Below are positions 19,157 through 28,735 of a stretch of DNA of 43,404 bases, in pieces. The position numbers and the translations under genes were made by a program. The notes under the pieces were generated by a model. It was not told the DNA's origin. It did not search any database and worked only from the letters and a program-made list of their open reading frames with translations. How positions within the stretch are numbered: position 1 is the first letter of the stretch; the number at the start of each line of letters is the position of its first letter. The DNA is from an uncultured Thermotogaceae bacterium. Its GTDB lineage: Bacteria; Thermotogota; Thermotogae; MWEM01. The stretch is from contig CAYYNI010000001.1 of assembly GCA_964472765.1 (NCBI GenBank), positions 1-43,404 of the forward strand, read 5' to 3'.

Positions 19157-20419
19157 TTATGGATAAATACCTCTTAGTCTTGTAGCCTGTGCAACTCTTT
19201 CGATGGCGTTGACATATGCGGCAGTTCTCATATCAATTTTGTATTTTTCTCCCGTTTCCACGACACCACAAAATGCCTTTTTCATGATTCGGTTAAGGGC
19301 TTTTCTGACATCGTCCAATTCCCAGAAGAACCATTGCAGACTTTGTACCCATTCAAAATAAGATACGGTTACACCACCGGCGTTTGCAACAAAGTCAGGA
19401 ACAATAATAATGTCTTTTTTCAGGAGGATGTCTTCACCGTCAGGATCGATAGGACCGTTAGCAGCTTCAACAATGATCTTTGCCCTTACCTTATCCGCAT
19501 TTTCAGCTGTGATGACATTTTCCAAAGCGGCTGGAATCAACAAGTCCACGTCTAATTCAAGCAGCTCTTCATTGCTCATTTTCTTTTCTGCGCCGTTGTA
19601 TCCTTCAAGTGTTCCATTCTCCTGGACATAAGCCATCATTTCAGCTGTGTTTAACCCATTTGAACTGTAATAGCCGCCGGAAATATCGCTTACGGCTACG
19701 ACTTTGCTCTTCATTTCATCTTCAATAAGAGTTGCCGCATAGCTTCCTACATTTCCAAAACCCTGAATAGCGACGGTGATATCTTTTATATCTTTGTTGA
19801 AGGTGCCTTTTTCGTTGAGATACTTGACAATTTCTTCAGCGCAAATTCGAACACCTCGACCGGTTGCTTCTGTTCTTCCCACAGAACCACCTATTTCAAG
19901 TGGCTTTCCGGTTACAACACCCAAAACTGAGTGTCCCATGTTCATACTGTAGGTATCCATATACCAGGCCATGATCTGGCCGTTTGTGTTGACATCAGGT
20001 GCGGGAATATCCTTGTTTTCTCCAACAATCACTTGAATTTCGGAGAAAAATCTTCTAGAAAGTCTTTCAATTTCTGTTATAGAAAGAAGTGAAGGGTCAA
20101 CTTGAACGCCACCTTTTCCTCCGCCGTAAGGAATACCTACGACTGCAGATTTCCATGTCATCCAGAAAGCCAATGCCTTCACTTCATCTAAAGAAACGTT
20201 CTGATGATATCTGATACCGCCTTTTGCGGGTCCAAGAGCAATGTTATGCTGTACCCTGTGGCCTGTAAACACTCTTGCAGAACCGTCATCCATTCTGACA
20301 GGAAAATTCACAGTCAGTTCTCTTTTGGGCTTTGAAAGAACTTCTCTCATGCTGGAATCAAGGTTCATGACATCTGCTGCTTTTGTAAATTGTTTTACCG
20401 CATTTTCGAATAAACTCAA
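19157..20419 (-). CDS. gdhA: Glutamate dehydrogenase.
   Basis: 420 aa with GPAKGGIRYH, YGGGKGG and the GFGNVG Rossmann motif. The start is TTG, 8 nt after GAGGAGGG. Confidence 0.95.
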   Translation of the reverse strand: MSLFENAVKQFTKAADVMNLDSSMREVLSKPKRELTVNFPVRMDDGSARVFTGHRVQHNIALGPAKGGIRYHQNVSLDEVKALAFWMTWKSAVVGIPYGGGKGGVQVDPSLLSITEIERLSRRFFSEIQVIVGENKDIPAPDVNTNGQIMAWYMDTYSMNMGHSVLGVVTGKPLEIGGSVGRTEATGRGVRICAEEIVKYLNEKGTFNKDIKDITVAIQGFGNVGSYAATLIEDEMKSKVVAVSDISGGYYSSNGLNTAEMMAYVQENGTLEGYNGAEKKMSNEELLELDVDLLIPAALENVITAENADKVRAKIIVEAANGPIDPDGEDILLKKDIIIVPDFVANAGGVTVSYFEWVQSLQWFFWELDDVRKALNRIMKKAFCGVVETGEKYKIDMRTAAYVNAIERVAQATRLRGIYP

Positions 20420-20595
20420 TTGTGTTCCCTCCTCTAATCTGTTGTGGATTCTATACTCTTACACTTCTATTTAAACATATGTTATTTATTTCGCAAAGTG
20501 GATAAATAAGCAATTTGACCTGATTTTGTCTGATTAGAGTAAAAAAGATGATTTATACTCTTTTTATCTAAAGTATATTACCCTTTATAAGCAAA

Positions 20596-20636
20596 TTGAC
20601 AGTTTTCCCCTTTTATGGTAACATTCGTTACGTAAC
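20596..20636 (+). promoter_or_regulatory. Promoter plus palindromic operator for the TetR-ABC-2 operon.
   Basis: TTGACA (20596-20601), a 17-nt spacer, then TGgTAACAT (extended -10, 20616-20624). A perfect 10-bp palindrome GTTACGTAAC (20627-20636) follows at about +1. Confidence 0.5.
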
Positions 20637-20661
20637 AAACGTTTTTTAGGAGAATGATGAG

Positions 20662-21237
20662 ATGGCTCGAAAGATTCATTATAGTAGAACCGAAATCTTG
20701 GATTCGGCTTTAAAACTTTTAAGAGAAAAAGGAAAGACGGCATTAACGGCACGAAACATTGCTCATAAAACGGGCTGTTCAACACATCCTATCTATTCTG
20801 AATTTGTATCTTTGAAGGGTTTAAAAAAGGCATTGTATCATCATGCCTACGATTTTTTTATCACAAACATAACAACTAAAAATTCACCGGAAAATTTTTT
20901 AGATATTGGGGTGAATTATGTTCAATTTTCTAAATTAGAAAAAAATATTTTTTCATTCCTTTTTTTTAACAAAGACTTCTCTATGGATATAAATCGTTTG
21001 GAGATAATTGACGAAAAAATAATTAATATAATAAAAAAAGATAAATATGTGCAAAGTAATGCAGTGAAAGACTATGATCAAGTCTTTTTCAATCTATGGA
21101 TTTTTGCTCACGGCTTGGCGGCATTAATCTGGGAATCTAGTACGGATTATAATGAACACGAAATTAGAAGGATTTTAAAAACGACGGGAAAAACAATTAT
21201 TCAAGGATTAATGAATGAAATACCGGTTGCTGATTAA
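20662..21237 (+). CDS. TetR/AcrR-family transcriptional regulator.
   Basis: 191 aa. The N-terminal HTH reads ILDSALKLLREKGKTALTARNIAHKTGCSTHPIYSEF. Confidence 0.8.
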   Translation: MARKIHYSRTEILDSALKLLREKGKTALTARNIAHKTGCSTHPIYSEFVSLKGLKKALYHHAYDFFITNITTKNSPENFLDIGVNYVQFSKLEKNIFSFLFFNKDFSMDINRLEIIDEKIINIIKKDKYVQSNAVKDYDQVFFNLWIFAHGLAALIWESSTDYNEHEIRRILKTTGKTIIQGLMNEIPVAD

Positions 21238-21255
21238 ATAACATGGAGGTGTTTT

Positions 21256-22176
21256 ATGTCGGTCAATATATTGACAGTGCGCAATCTTAAGAAATATTAT
21301 CCAACTGTGAAAGCGGTGGATGATATCAGTTTTGATATCGAAAAGGGAACCGTTTATACTCTTTTAGGCCCTAATGGTGCTGGGAAAACGACCACTTTGG
21401 AGATTATCGAAGGCATCAAAAAAGCAGATGACGGAAGGATTATCTTCTTCGGAGAGGAAATGAAACACGTTTCAGATGAAGCCAAGCAAAAGATAGGCGT
21501 TTCATTGCAATCAACCAACTTTATTCCTCACTTGAAAGTGAAAGAGGTTTTTGAATTATTTGCCTCATTTTTCAAAAAAAGCCTGCCCGTAGAGCAAATC
21601 CTGGGGTTTGTCTCTTTGGAGGAAAAGAAGAACGACCTGGTAGAAAAACTCTCAGGGGGTCAAAAACAGAGGGTCGCCATCGGGTGTGCTTTAATCAACG
21701 ATCCGGAGATGATCTTTTTGGATGAACCCACAACAGGGCTTGATCCTCAAGCAAGGAGAAACATATGGGGAATCATCGAACATTTGAGAAAGCAGGGGAA
21801 GACCGTTTTTCTGACAACCCATTATATGGAAGAAGCCCAAAAATTATCCGATATGGTTTGCATCATGGATCACGGAAAGATTATCGCCATGGATACACCT
21901 GCCGGCCATATCAAAAAATTGGGCGAGTTGAACTATGTAGAGTTTTCAGCGGTACTGGACACCTCAGAAATCAGTGAGCTCAATTCTTGGGATGTGGAGG
22001 AAGTGGAAATAGAAGGGGAAAAAATCATCATTCCCACCAAATCACTGCATGTGGTTCTTGAGAAACTACTCTCATGGGCTAAAATGAAAGGACTTGATTT
22101 AAACGATATTAGTGTCAGACAACCGAATCTTGAAGATGTTTTCCTCTCCCTTACCGGAAGGAGGTTAAGAGACTGA
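21256..22176 (+). CDS. ABC transporter ATP-binding protein (ABC-2 / DrrA-like exporter type).
   Basis: Walker A GPNGAGKTT, signature LSGGQKQR, Walker B IFLDEPTTGLD. Confidence 0.9.
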   Translation: MSVNILTVRNLKKYYPTVKAVDDISFDIEKGTVYTLLGPNGAGKTTTLEIIEGIKKADDGRIIFFGEEMKHVSDEAKQKIGVSLQSTNFIPHLKVKEVFELFASFFKKSLPVEQILGFVSLEEKKNDLVEKLSGGQKQRVAIGCALINDPEMIFLDEPTTGLDPQARRNIWGIIEHLRKQGKTVFLTTHYMEEAQKLSDMVCIMDHGKIIAMDTPAGHIKKLGELNYVEFSAVLDTSEISELNSWDVEEVEIEGEKIIIPTKSLHVVLEKLLSWAKMKGLDLNDISVRQPNLEDVFLSLTGRRLRD

Positions 22177-23357
22177 TGAGGAATCAACTCTTTAAAAGCC
22201 TTGTTATAAGTGGTTTAAGGGAGAAGGAAACTATTTTTTGGATCCTGCTTTTCCCCTTGATTGTTTTTACCATCATGGTCTTGATCTTTTCCAATATGAC
22301 CGGTGAGGATTTGAACTTTAAAATGTCTATCATTGACGATTCAGGAGATGGTTTGGGAAGCACTATCATTCATCAGGTGTTTGATGGTATCAGTCAATCA
22401 CAAACTTCCGATAAAGATCCCTTATACACCATTGTGGATGTAAAAACTAAAGAAGAGGCACTATCTTTATTAAAAGAACAACACATTGACATCATCGTGG
22501 AAATTCCGGAGGATTTTAATCAAAATTTTAATCAAGTCGTTTTCTTCTCAAAGATTTCGCAGATCAATGCTGAAAGCAATCCTCAAATTATGATAGAAAG
22601 AGTCCCCTTGAGAAGTCTGTCAAAACTGGCAAGTGATGTTATGGAACAAATATTATCACAAGTGAATTTAGAGGCCGCCAAAAGAATGAATGTCAAGATT
22701 AATGAAGCAAATATCACTTCTGAAATCGTTGGGCAAACTCAAACCTTTAATTATGCTGATTATTTTTTTGCGGGTGTCTTGATCATGGCGTTTTTCAGTG
22801 CGGGTTTTTTTAATATGGGTATAAATATGGCCCATTATAGAAGAACCGGTGTTTTCAAACGTCTGGCTTGTACACCGATCAAAAACAGCACATTGTTATC
22901 AGCAACCATCATGTCCAATCTGGTGTTTATGATTATTTCATTCATCCTGATGTTAATCTATGCCAAATTGTTTTACAACGTGACTTGGGCAGTTTTTTAT
23001 CCTGAATCAATCCTTTTCATGGTAGTTAGCGCTATTCTTTCTCTATCATTTGGCATTTTCGTCGGGTCCATTTCAAAAACAACCAACGCAGCTTCCGGAC
23101 TGGCCAATCTCTTGTTTTTCCCCATGCAGTTTTTGGGGGGATTGTATTTCCCCGTTTTTGATTTACCACCCGTCATTCGATGGTTCGTCTATATCAATCC
23201 CATTACATATGTGGCAGCTGGAATGAGACAGTCCATGAACCTGATGAATGCACCTGTCCCGTATTACACACTTTTTTTAGTTCCAATCATCTGGACTGTC
23301 GGTTTGTTACTGATTTCCATGAAATTCTTTAAATGGGACGGAGGCGATATCGCATGA
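22176..23357 (+). CDS. ABC-2 family permease with a large extracytoplasmic loop.
   Basis: 393 aa: N-terminal TM, a soluble loop of about 150 aa, then 5 C-terminal TMs. Its start overlaps the upstream stop by 1 nt (TGATG). Confidence 0.8.
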   Translation: MRNQLFKSLVISGLREKETIFWILLFPLIVFTIMVLIFSNMTGEDLNFKMSIIDDSGDGLGSTIIHQVFDGISQSQTSDKDPLYTIVDVKTKEEALSLLKEQHIDIIVEIPEDFNQNFNQVVFFSKISQINAESNPQIMIERVPLRSLSKLASDVMEQILSQVNLEAAKRMNVKINEANITSEIVGQTQTFNYADYFFAGVLIMAFFSAGFFNMGINMAHYRRTGVFKRLACTPIKNSTLLSATIMSNLVFMIISFILMLIYAKLFYNVTWAVFYPESILFMVVSAILSLSFGIFVGSISKTTNAASGLANLLFFPMQFLGGLYFPVFDLPPVIRWFVYINPITYVAAGMRQSMNLMNAPVPYYTLFLVPIIWTVGLLLISMKFFKWDGGDIA

Positions 23358-24469
23358 AAAATACTTTGGGAATTCTGAAAGCATTGATTAAAAGCAGAAT
23401 AAGAGATAAAGAGGCTTTGTTTTGGACATTAGCATTTCCCCTTATGTTTTTGATTATTTTTGGGCTTGCTTTCGGGGGCAGCTCTTCCTCATCTGCCAAT
23501 ATAGATGAAGAGGATATGCGTTTCGCCATTTACTTGAGTGAGACTATCGGCAATCAATCGCAAAGCGACATCATTGACACTTCTGAAATAATAGGGCTCA
23601 AACCTCTTTTGGTCTATTCCGAATCCGATTTAAGGGAAAGCGTGGAGAAAGGATACGATGGGGTTGAATTTGGAATCTCGCTAGACAACATTAATGATGT
23701 TTGGCAAGTTCATGCCTGCTATAATGCCTCGGATATGAGCAAAATACAGTTATATCAATCAATAGTCAATAACTTTGTGACACAATTCCGAAAAACATCC
23801 GCTGGTTTTGAAAACATTATTCAAATTAAAACCGTTAATAGAGACTTCACAACCGAACCGGTGACCAATACCGGATATATCCTTTCAGGGGTTATTGCCG
23901 TGTCGATATCTCTTTCAGGTTTAACCGCCTTGATTATTAGTTTTGGTTACTATCGAAAACAGAATATCATCAAACGGTTAATCGCCACCCCATTGAAGGG
24001 CTCACAATTTCTGACCGCTGATATTATAAACAATCTGTTAGTCTCAATTGTGACAATCATCATCATCATGTTATTCGCCCGGTTGTTGTTCCAGGTAACC
24101 TTTAACATGAATTTTTGGTATTTCGCCATCACCTATTTTTCTTCCATGTTTCTGATGATGAGTTTAGGGGGCTTTTTTTTGTTGATATTCAGAGAACCCA
24201 ATGCCGCTATGAATCTTGCCAACATCTTTTCAACGGTGATGATGTTTTTTGCCGGCGTGTACTTTCCGCTTGAACTGATGCCAAAGTGGCTACAACGGTT
24301 TGGTCACTTTTTACCGATGACTTATGTAGCTGAAAATTTACGGTTTTCTTTGGGACAAGATTATATGCAATCCTCAAAATTTTGGACAATTAATATTGTT
24401 TTCATCGTAATCGCTGCGATTGCGATACCTTTAATGGGAAAACAAATCTTTAAACTGGAACAATCATAA
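23354..24469 (+). CDS. ABC-2 family permease, paralogue of the preceding gene.
   Basis: It has the same topology. The start is placed at ATG 23354 (MKNTLGILKA), which forms an ATGA overlap with the upstream stop. The ORF-track start at 23333 would overlap by 25 nt. Confidence 0.8.
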   Translation: MKNTLGILKALIKSRIRDKEALFWTLAFPLMFLIIFGLAFGGSSSSSANIDEEDMRFAIYLSETIGNQSQSDIIDTSEIIGLKPLLVYSESDLRESVEKGYDGVEFGISLDNINDVWQVHACYNASDMSKIQLYQSIVNNFVTQFRKTSAGFENIIQIKTVNRDFTTEPVTNTGYILSGVIAVSISLSGLTALIISFGYYRKQNIIKRLIATPLKGSQFLTADIINNLLVSIVTIIIIMLFARLLFQVTFNMNFWYFAITYFSSMFLMMSLGGFFLLIFREPNAAMNLANIFSTVMMFFAGVYFPLELMPKWLQRFGHFLPMTYVAENLRFSLGQDYMQSSKFWTINIVFIVIAAIAIPLMGKQIFKLEQS

Positions 24470-24613
24470 GCACTGAATCACTTTTTTAAGGAAATTAGTC
24501 TATAATAAAGCATACATTATTAATCCAAAGAAATACGTCTATTGAGACGTATGGTATTGTTAACACTCTTAAGAATGCTTTTAATGATTAACCTTTGAAA
24601 AGAGGAGATGTTT

Positions 24614-26401
24614 ATGGAAAAGCAAAAATTTGACGGCTATCGTTTTTACGATATTTTCACTTCCGGTGCGCTTACTTTATTGGGACACCAGGAAGAGTTG
24701 AATAAAATTAACGTCTTCCCTGTTCCGGATGGCGATACTGGTACCAATTTAGGCTCTACCATGAGATCTATTTTGGAAATGTCCAGAAGGGATGCGTCTA
24801 TTGCTGAATCAGCAAAGTCCATCGCAGATGCTGCCTTGATCGGGGCCAGAGGAAATTCAGGCGCTATCTTTGCCCAATATTTTCACGGTATAAGGGAATT
24901 TATCGGCGATAAACAACATTTGAGCGTGGATGAAATGATAGAGGCCTTTGCCCACGCTGTTGAATATGCGTATAAAGCTGTATTAGAACCCGTCGAAGGA
25001 ACCATATTGACTGTTATCAAAGTTTGGTCGCATACAATGTCGGATGAATTTTCCAAAATAAGAAATTTTATCGAAACGTTTTTCACGGCTTATGAACGTT
25101 CTATAGAAGCATTGGATCATACCAAAGAACAATTGGATGTTTTAAAAAAATCCAACGTGGTTGATGCAGGCGGCAAAGGGTTTTTAATCTTTTTGGAAGG
25201 CATTAAAACGTATCTGAAAACCGGGAAAAAGCCCAACATCCAATCTATTCCGGACACGATAGATGGCATAGGATATGAGGAATCTCACAACTATGATGAA
25301 ACAATCACCAACAGATATTGTACAGAAGCTTTGCTGAGTTTAAAAGATGACCATGTAGAGGAAATAAAACAAATTGCCGCTTCATTTGGTGATTCCGTAG
25401 TAATTGCCAACAACAGTGAAAAAATGAGGGTTCATGTTCACACCAATAACCCGGCGGACTTCTTCTATAAAATCAAGGATTACGGAGACATCATTCAACA
25501 AAAAGTTGATGACATGCAGATGCAATATCAAATTACCAATCACAGAAAATACAACATCGCTTTAGTTACCGATTCTTCCTGTGATCTTCCGGAAGAGATC
25601 CTCGATCAATATCAAATACAAATGGTACCTCTACAGTTGAATTTTGGGCCAACCGGTTATTTGGATAAAGTTACGATTCAACCGGATCATTTTTACAAAA
25701 TGCTGGGAAAAACCAAATTTTATCCCACCAGCTCTCAACCAAATATTCGCACCTTTCAAAACCTCTATTCTTTCTTAATGAGTCATTATGATAAACTGAT
25801 TGCCATTCACTTGTCATCGAGATTAAGCGGAACCTTTAATCTCAGTCAAACAGCTGCAGAAAGATTTTTATATAAAAATAAAAATGCAACCGTCATTGAT
25901 TCAAAAAGGAATTCGGGTGCACAGGCATTAATTGTTTTGGAAGCGGCGGAAATGATTGAAAAAGGATTGGAATTTGATGAAATCGTGGATCAGGTGAATC
26001 AGATTATTCCCAAGTCAAAAATCCTCGTCAGTGTTAAAAACCTGGATGGTATGGTTCGTGGCGGTAGAGTAAGCCCTGTAAAAGGGCTGGTAGCTAAATT
26101 AATCAATCTAAAACCGGTTATTTCTTTAGATGAAGAAGGCAATTCTGAATTATACGGAAAAGGTTTTAGTGATAAAGGGAATCGAAAATTGATCTTTAAG
26201 ATATTCAAAGAAACACACGAAAAGTATGGCATCAAGAGATATTGTATGACTCACGCCAATAACCTGAAAGAAGCCAAACTTTACGAGGAAATGGCCACCG
26301 AGATCACCGGAAAAAAAGCAGATTTTATTTATAACCTTTCTCCGGTAATTGGTGCCCACTCAGGAATTGGTGCAGTTAGTCTTTCATACATAACCCATTG
26401 A
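24614..26401 (+). CDS. Dak2 (DhaL/FakA-like) domain fused to a DegV (FakB-like) fatty-acid-binding domain.
   Basis: The N-terminal half has VFPVPDGDTGTNL and GARGNSG (DhaL/YloV type). The central domain has GDSVVIANNSEKMRVHVHTNNP. The C-terminal half has IALVTDSSCDLP, TSSQP and HLSSRLSGTF (DegV). I prefer the ATG at 24614 (AGAGGAG 6 nt upstream) over the one at 24608. Confidence 0.8.
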   Translation: MEKQKFDGYRFYDIFTSGALTLLGHQEELNKINVFPVPDGDTGTNLGSTMRSILEMSRRDASIAESAKSIADAALIGARGNSGAIFAQYFHGIREFIGDKQHLSVDEMIEAFAHAVEYAYKAVLEPVEGTILTVIKVWSHTMSDEFSKIRNFIETFFTAYERSIEALDHTKEQLDVLKKSNVVDAGGKGFLIFLEGIKTYLKTGKKPNIQSIPDTIDGIGYEESHNYDETITNRYCTEALLSLKDDHVEEIKQIAASFGDSVVIANNSEKMRVHVHTNNPADFFYKIKDYGDIIQQKVDDMQMQYQITNHRKYNIALVTDSSCDLPEEILDQYQIQMVPLQLNFGPTGYLDKVTIQPDHFYKMLGKTKFYPTSSQPNIRTFQNLYSFLMSHYDKLIAIHLSSRLSGTFNLSQTAAERFLYKNKNATVIDSKRNSGAQALIVLEAAEMIEKGLEFDEIVDQVNQIIPKSKILVSVKNLDGMVRGGRVSPVKGLVAKLINLKPVISLDEEGNSELYGKGFSDKGNRKLIFKIFKETHEKYGIKRYCMTHANNLKEAKLYEEMATEITGKKADFIYNLSPVIGAHSGIGAVSLSYITH

Positions 26402-26402
26402 G

Positions 26403-27182
26403 GTGATCACATTGTTCAACCAAATCTTGTTTTCTTTTATTTTTATTTGGGTTTACATGACACTCATTTATCTCATCGCCATCAAAAAAGATGATCTATC
26501 CATCATCGATATCGCTTATGGACCCGGTTTTGTTGTCGCAGGAATCGCTCAAATGATCTTTTCTAAACATGTCCAACTTCATTTTATCATTCTTTTTAGT
26601 TTAATTTGCCTTTGGGCTTTAAGACTAGCTCTTCAAATTGGAATCAGAAAAATAGGTAAAGGCGAAGATTACAGATATACAAAAATGAGAAGGGATTTTG
26701 GGAAAAACTGGAAAACCATCAGTTATGTCAAGATATTCCTCTTTCAAGGGTTATTGATTTTGATCATTGAACTGCCTCTTTTTATCGCATCACTTAACTA
26801 TCAAAAGGAAATCGGTATATTAGCTTTTCTTGGAATACTACTTTGGATCTGGGGTTTCTTTTGGGAAACATTGGGAGATATCCAGAAATACCGGTTTAAG
26901 AAAGCAGGCAAAAAAGGATTTATCCAAACAGGTCTTTGGAAGTATACCAGACATCCCAATTACTACGGTGAAATCACCATGTGGTGGGCCATATTTCTGA
27001 TTACCCTTGAAATTCCATTTGGCTGGATTGCCGTCATTAGTCCCATTTTGATTACAACATTGCTGATTGCTTTTAGCGGAATACCCCTCTTAGAGAAAAA
27101 ATATAACATGGATCCCGAATTTCAAAAATATAAGAATAAAACCAGCGCTTTATTGCCTTGGTTTCAAAAAAAAGGAGATTGA
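26403..27182 (+). CDS. DUF1295 / steroid-5-alpha-reductase-like membrane protein.
   Basis: 259 aa with 6-7 TMs and RHPNYYGEITMWW. The start is GTG 26403, or possibly TTG 26412 (GAGGTG 7 nt upstream). Confidence 0.7.
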   Translation: MITLFNQILFSFIFIWVYMTLIYLIAIKKDDLSIIDIAYGPGFVVAGIAQMIFSKHVQLHFIILFSLICLWALRLALQIGIRKIGKGEDYRYTKMRRDFGKNWKTISYVKIFLFQGLLILIIELPLFIASLNYQKEIGILAFLGILLWIWGFFWETLGDIQKYRFKKAGKKGFIQTGLWKYTRHPNYYGEITMWWAIFLITLEIPFGWIAVISPILITTLLIAFSGIPLLEKKYNMDPEFQKYKNKTSALLPWFQKKGD

Positions 27183-27184
27183 GA

Positions 27185-27664
27185 ATGAGTTCCATATACG
27201 ATATCAAATTTGATGATGCATTTGGTTTTGAAAAAGACCTGTCCGAATACAAGGGAACGGTCATGATGATTGTAAATACAGCCAGTAAATGTGGTTTTAC
27301 ACCTCAATATGAAGGGCTTGAGAAACTTTATGAGCAGTATAAAGATCAAGGTTTTGTGGTTTTAGGTTTCCCTTGTAATCAATTTAAAAATCAGGAACCG
27401 GGTTCTGATGAAGAGATTCAGCAATTTTGCCAGGTCAATTATGGGGTAACATTTCCGGTTTTCTCTAAAATAAACGTAAACGGAAAAGACACACACCCCT
27501 TATTCGAACTTCTAAAGGACCAGGCAAGGGGATTTGGGGGAACAAAGGCTGTCAAATGGAATTTCACAAAGTTTCTTGTGGATAAAGACGGCCATGTTGT
27601 CAAACGATTTGCACCTTCCACCTCTCCTGAAAGTTGTGTGGATGACATCGAAAAACTTCTTTGA
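27185..27664 (+). CDS. gpx: Glutathione peroxidase family protein (Cys type).
   Basis: NTASKCGFT, FPCNQF and WNFTKFLV. The start is at ATG 27185 after AAAGGAG. The ORF-track start at 27158 would overlap the previous gene. Confidence 0.9.
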   Translation: MSSIYDIKFDDAFGFEKDLSEYKGTVMMIVNTASKCGFTPQYEGLEKLYEQYKDQGFVVLGFPCNQFKNQEPGSDEEIQQFCQVNYGVTFPVFSKINVNGKDTHPLFELLKDQARGFGGTKAVKWNFTKFLVDKDGHVVKRFAPSTSPESCVDDIEKLL

Positions 27665-27706
27665 GACCCAAAAAAGGGTAGGGTTTTATATTTTTATATA
27701 CTGGGG

Positions 27707-28735
27707 TTGATGCCGGTGCCTTTACGTCTGATAGAAGCCTTTTTTGAAGGAGATAAGGGGAATCTCAAAGGGCAGATAAAAGAAGACCTTGGAATAGAAA
27801 ACATCCAGGAATACACAATCGGTAATAGTTGTATGCTACGGATTCTCATTGATTCCGGAGATTCTCAGAAAGTAATCGATGCGCTTGAAGCTCGATTGAA
27901 AAATGAAAAAGACTTTGGCATCGTCATCTTGCCTGCTGAGGGTTCAGTACCAAAGATAGAAACCTCCGAAATAAATGCCAAATCAAAAGTTGATGAGGAA
28001 GAGATTCCGGTCTGGAAGCAACCCTTTCGAAAGGGAACCAGTATCAGCAGAGAGGAGCTTTATACTGATATTGCCGATACCGTTTCACTATCACCTATTC
28101 AATTAGTCATGGTGGTATTGTCTGCGATTGTCGCCGCAATCGGTTTAATCAGGGATAGTTCAGTGGTATTGATTGGAGCCATGGTCATTGCACCCATGCT
28201 TGGCCCCAATGTGGCTATGTCATTCTCCATTTGTCTTGGAGATTTTGATTTATTTTTAAAAGCTTTAAAAGCCAACTTGCTGAGGATTTTTGTCGCATTC
28301 TTTTTCTCATTCATTATCGGTTTTTTTATCGACCTTTCCTCATTAAGCCAGGAGATTCTTAGCCGAACTATTTTACACATCTCAGATATCCTGTTAGCCT
28401 TATCTGCCGGAACAGCGGCAGCACTATCTTATACAACAGCCGTATCCGAAGGCTTTATTGGCGTGATGGTGGCAGTTGCATTGCTGCCACCGCTCACTGC
28501 ATCCGGTTTATTGTTGTCATCAGGTTATATAGAATACGGCCTGTCCGCATTAGGGCTTTTTTTACTGAATATCGTCTGTATTAATTTCGCCACTATGATC
28601 ACCTTTTTCCTTCAGGATATTCGGCCAAAAAAGTGGTGGGAGCTTGAAAAGGCCAAAGGCGCTTTGAAAAAGGCATTTTTACTCTGGAGTATCATGCTTT
28701 CTATCATGGCTTTAATCGTTATTTTTCTTTTTTAG
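27707..28735 (+). CDS. DUF389 / TIGR00341-like membrane protein with a soluble N-terminal domain.
   Basis: 342 aa. A soluble region of about 110 aa is followed by 6 or more TMs with IGAMVIAPMLGPNV. The start is ambiguous (TTG 27707 or ATG 27710). Confidence 0.65.
   Translation: MMPVPLRLIEAFFEGDKGNLKGQIKEDLGIENIQEYTIGNSCMLRILIDSGDSQKVIDALEARLKNEKDFGIVILPAEGSVPKIETSEINAKSKVDEEEIPVWKQPFRKGTSISREELYTDIADTVSLSPIQLVMVVLSAIVAAIGLIRDSSVVLIGAMVIAPMLGPNVAMSFSICLGDFDLFLKALKANLLRIFVAFFFSFIIGFFIDLSSLSQEILSRTILHISDILLALSAGTAAALSYTTAVSEGFIGVMVAVALLPPLTASGLLLSSGYIEYGLSALGLFLLNIVCINFATMITFFLQDIRPKKWWELEKAKGALKKAFLLWSIMLSIMALIVIFLF

Noticed and set aside
20443-20509. Two DnaA-box-like 9-mers (TGTGGATTC 20443-20451 and AGTGGATAA 20497-20505) and an AT-rich inverted repeat TTATTTAT-N12-ATAAATAA (20482-20509) in the 242-bp gdhA/tetR intergenic region. 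This raised the possibility of an origin or a regulatory site.
   Set aside because: There are only two imperfect boxes, no dnaA or dnaN nearby and no box cluster. The inverted repeat is pure A/T and is expected by chance at this composition. It may be a gdhA regulator site, but there is not enough evidence to call it.
24533-24552. A perfect 8-bp hairpin (ATACGTCT-attg-AGACGTAT) between the ABC-2 operon and the Dak2-DegV gene.
   Set aside because: No U-tract follows it (GGTATTGTT), so it is not a convincing intrinsic terminator. It has no flanking conserved riboswitch features. It could be a weak terminator or a protein-binding site, but it cannot be resolved from sequence alone.
27290-27292. 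Possible selenocysteine (in-frame TGA) at the glutathione peroxidase active site.
   Set aside because: The catalytic codon is TGT (Cys). There is no in-frame TGA and no SECIS-like hairpin.
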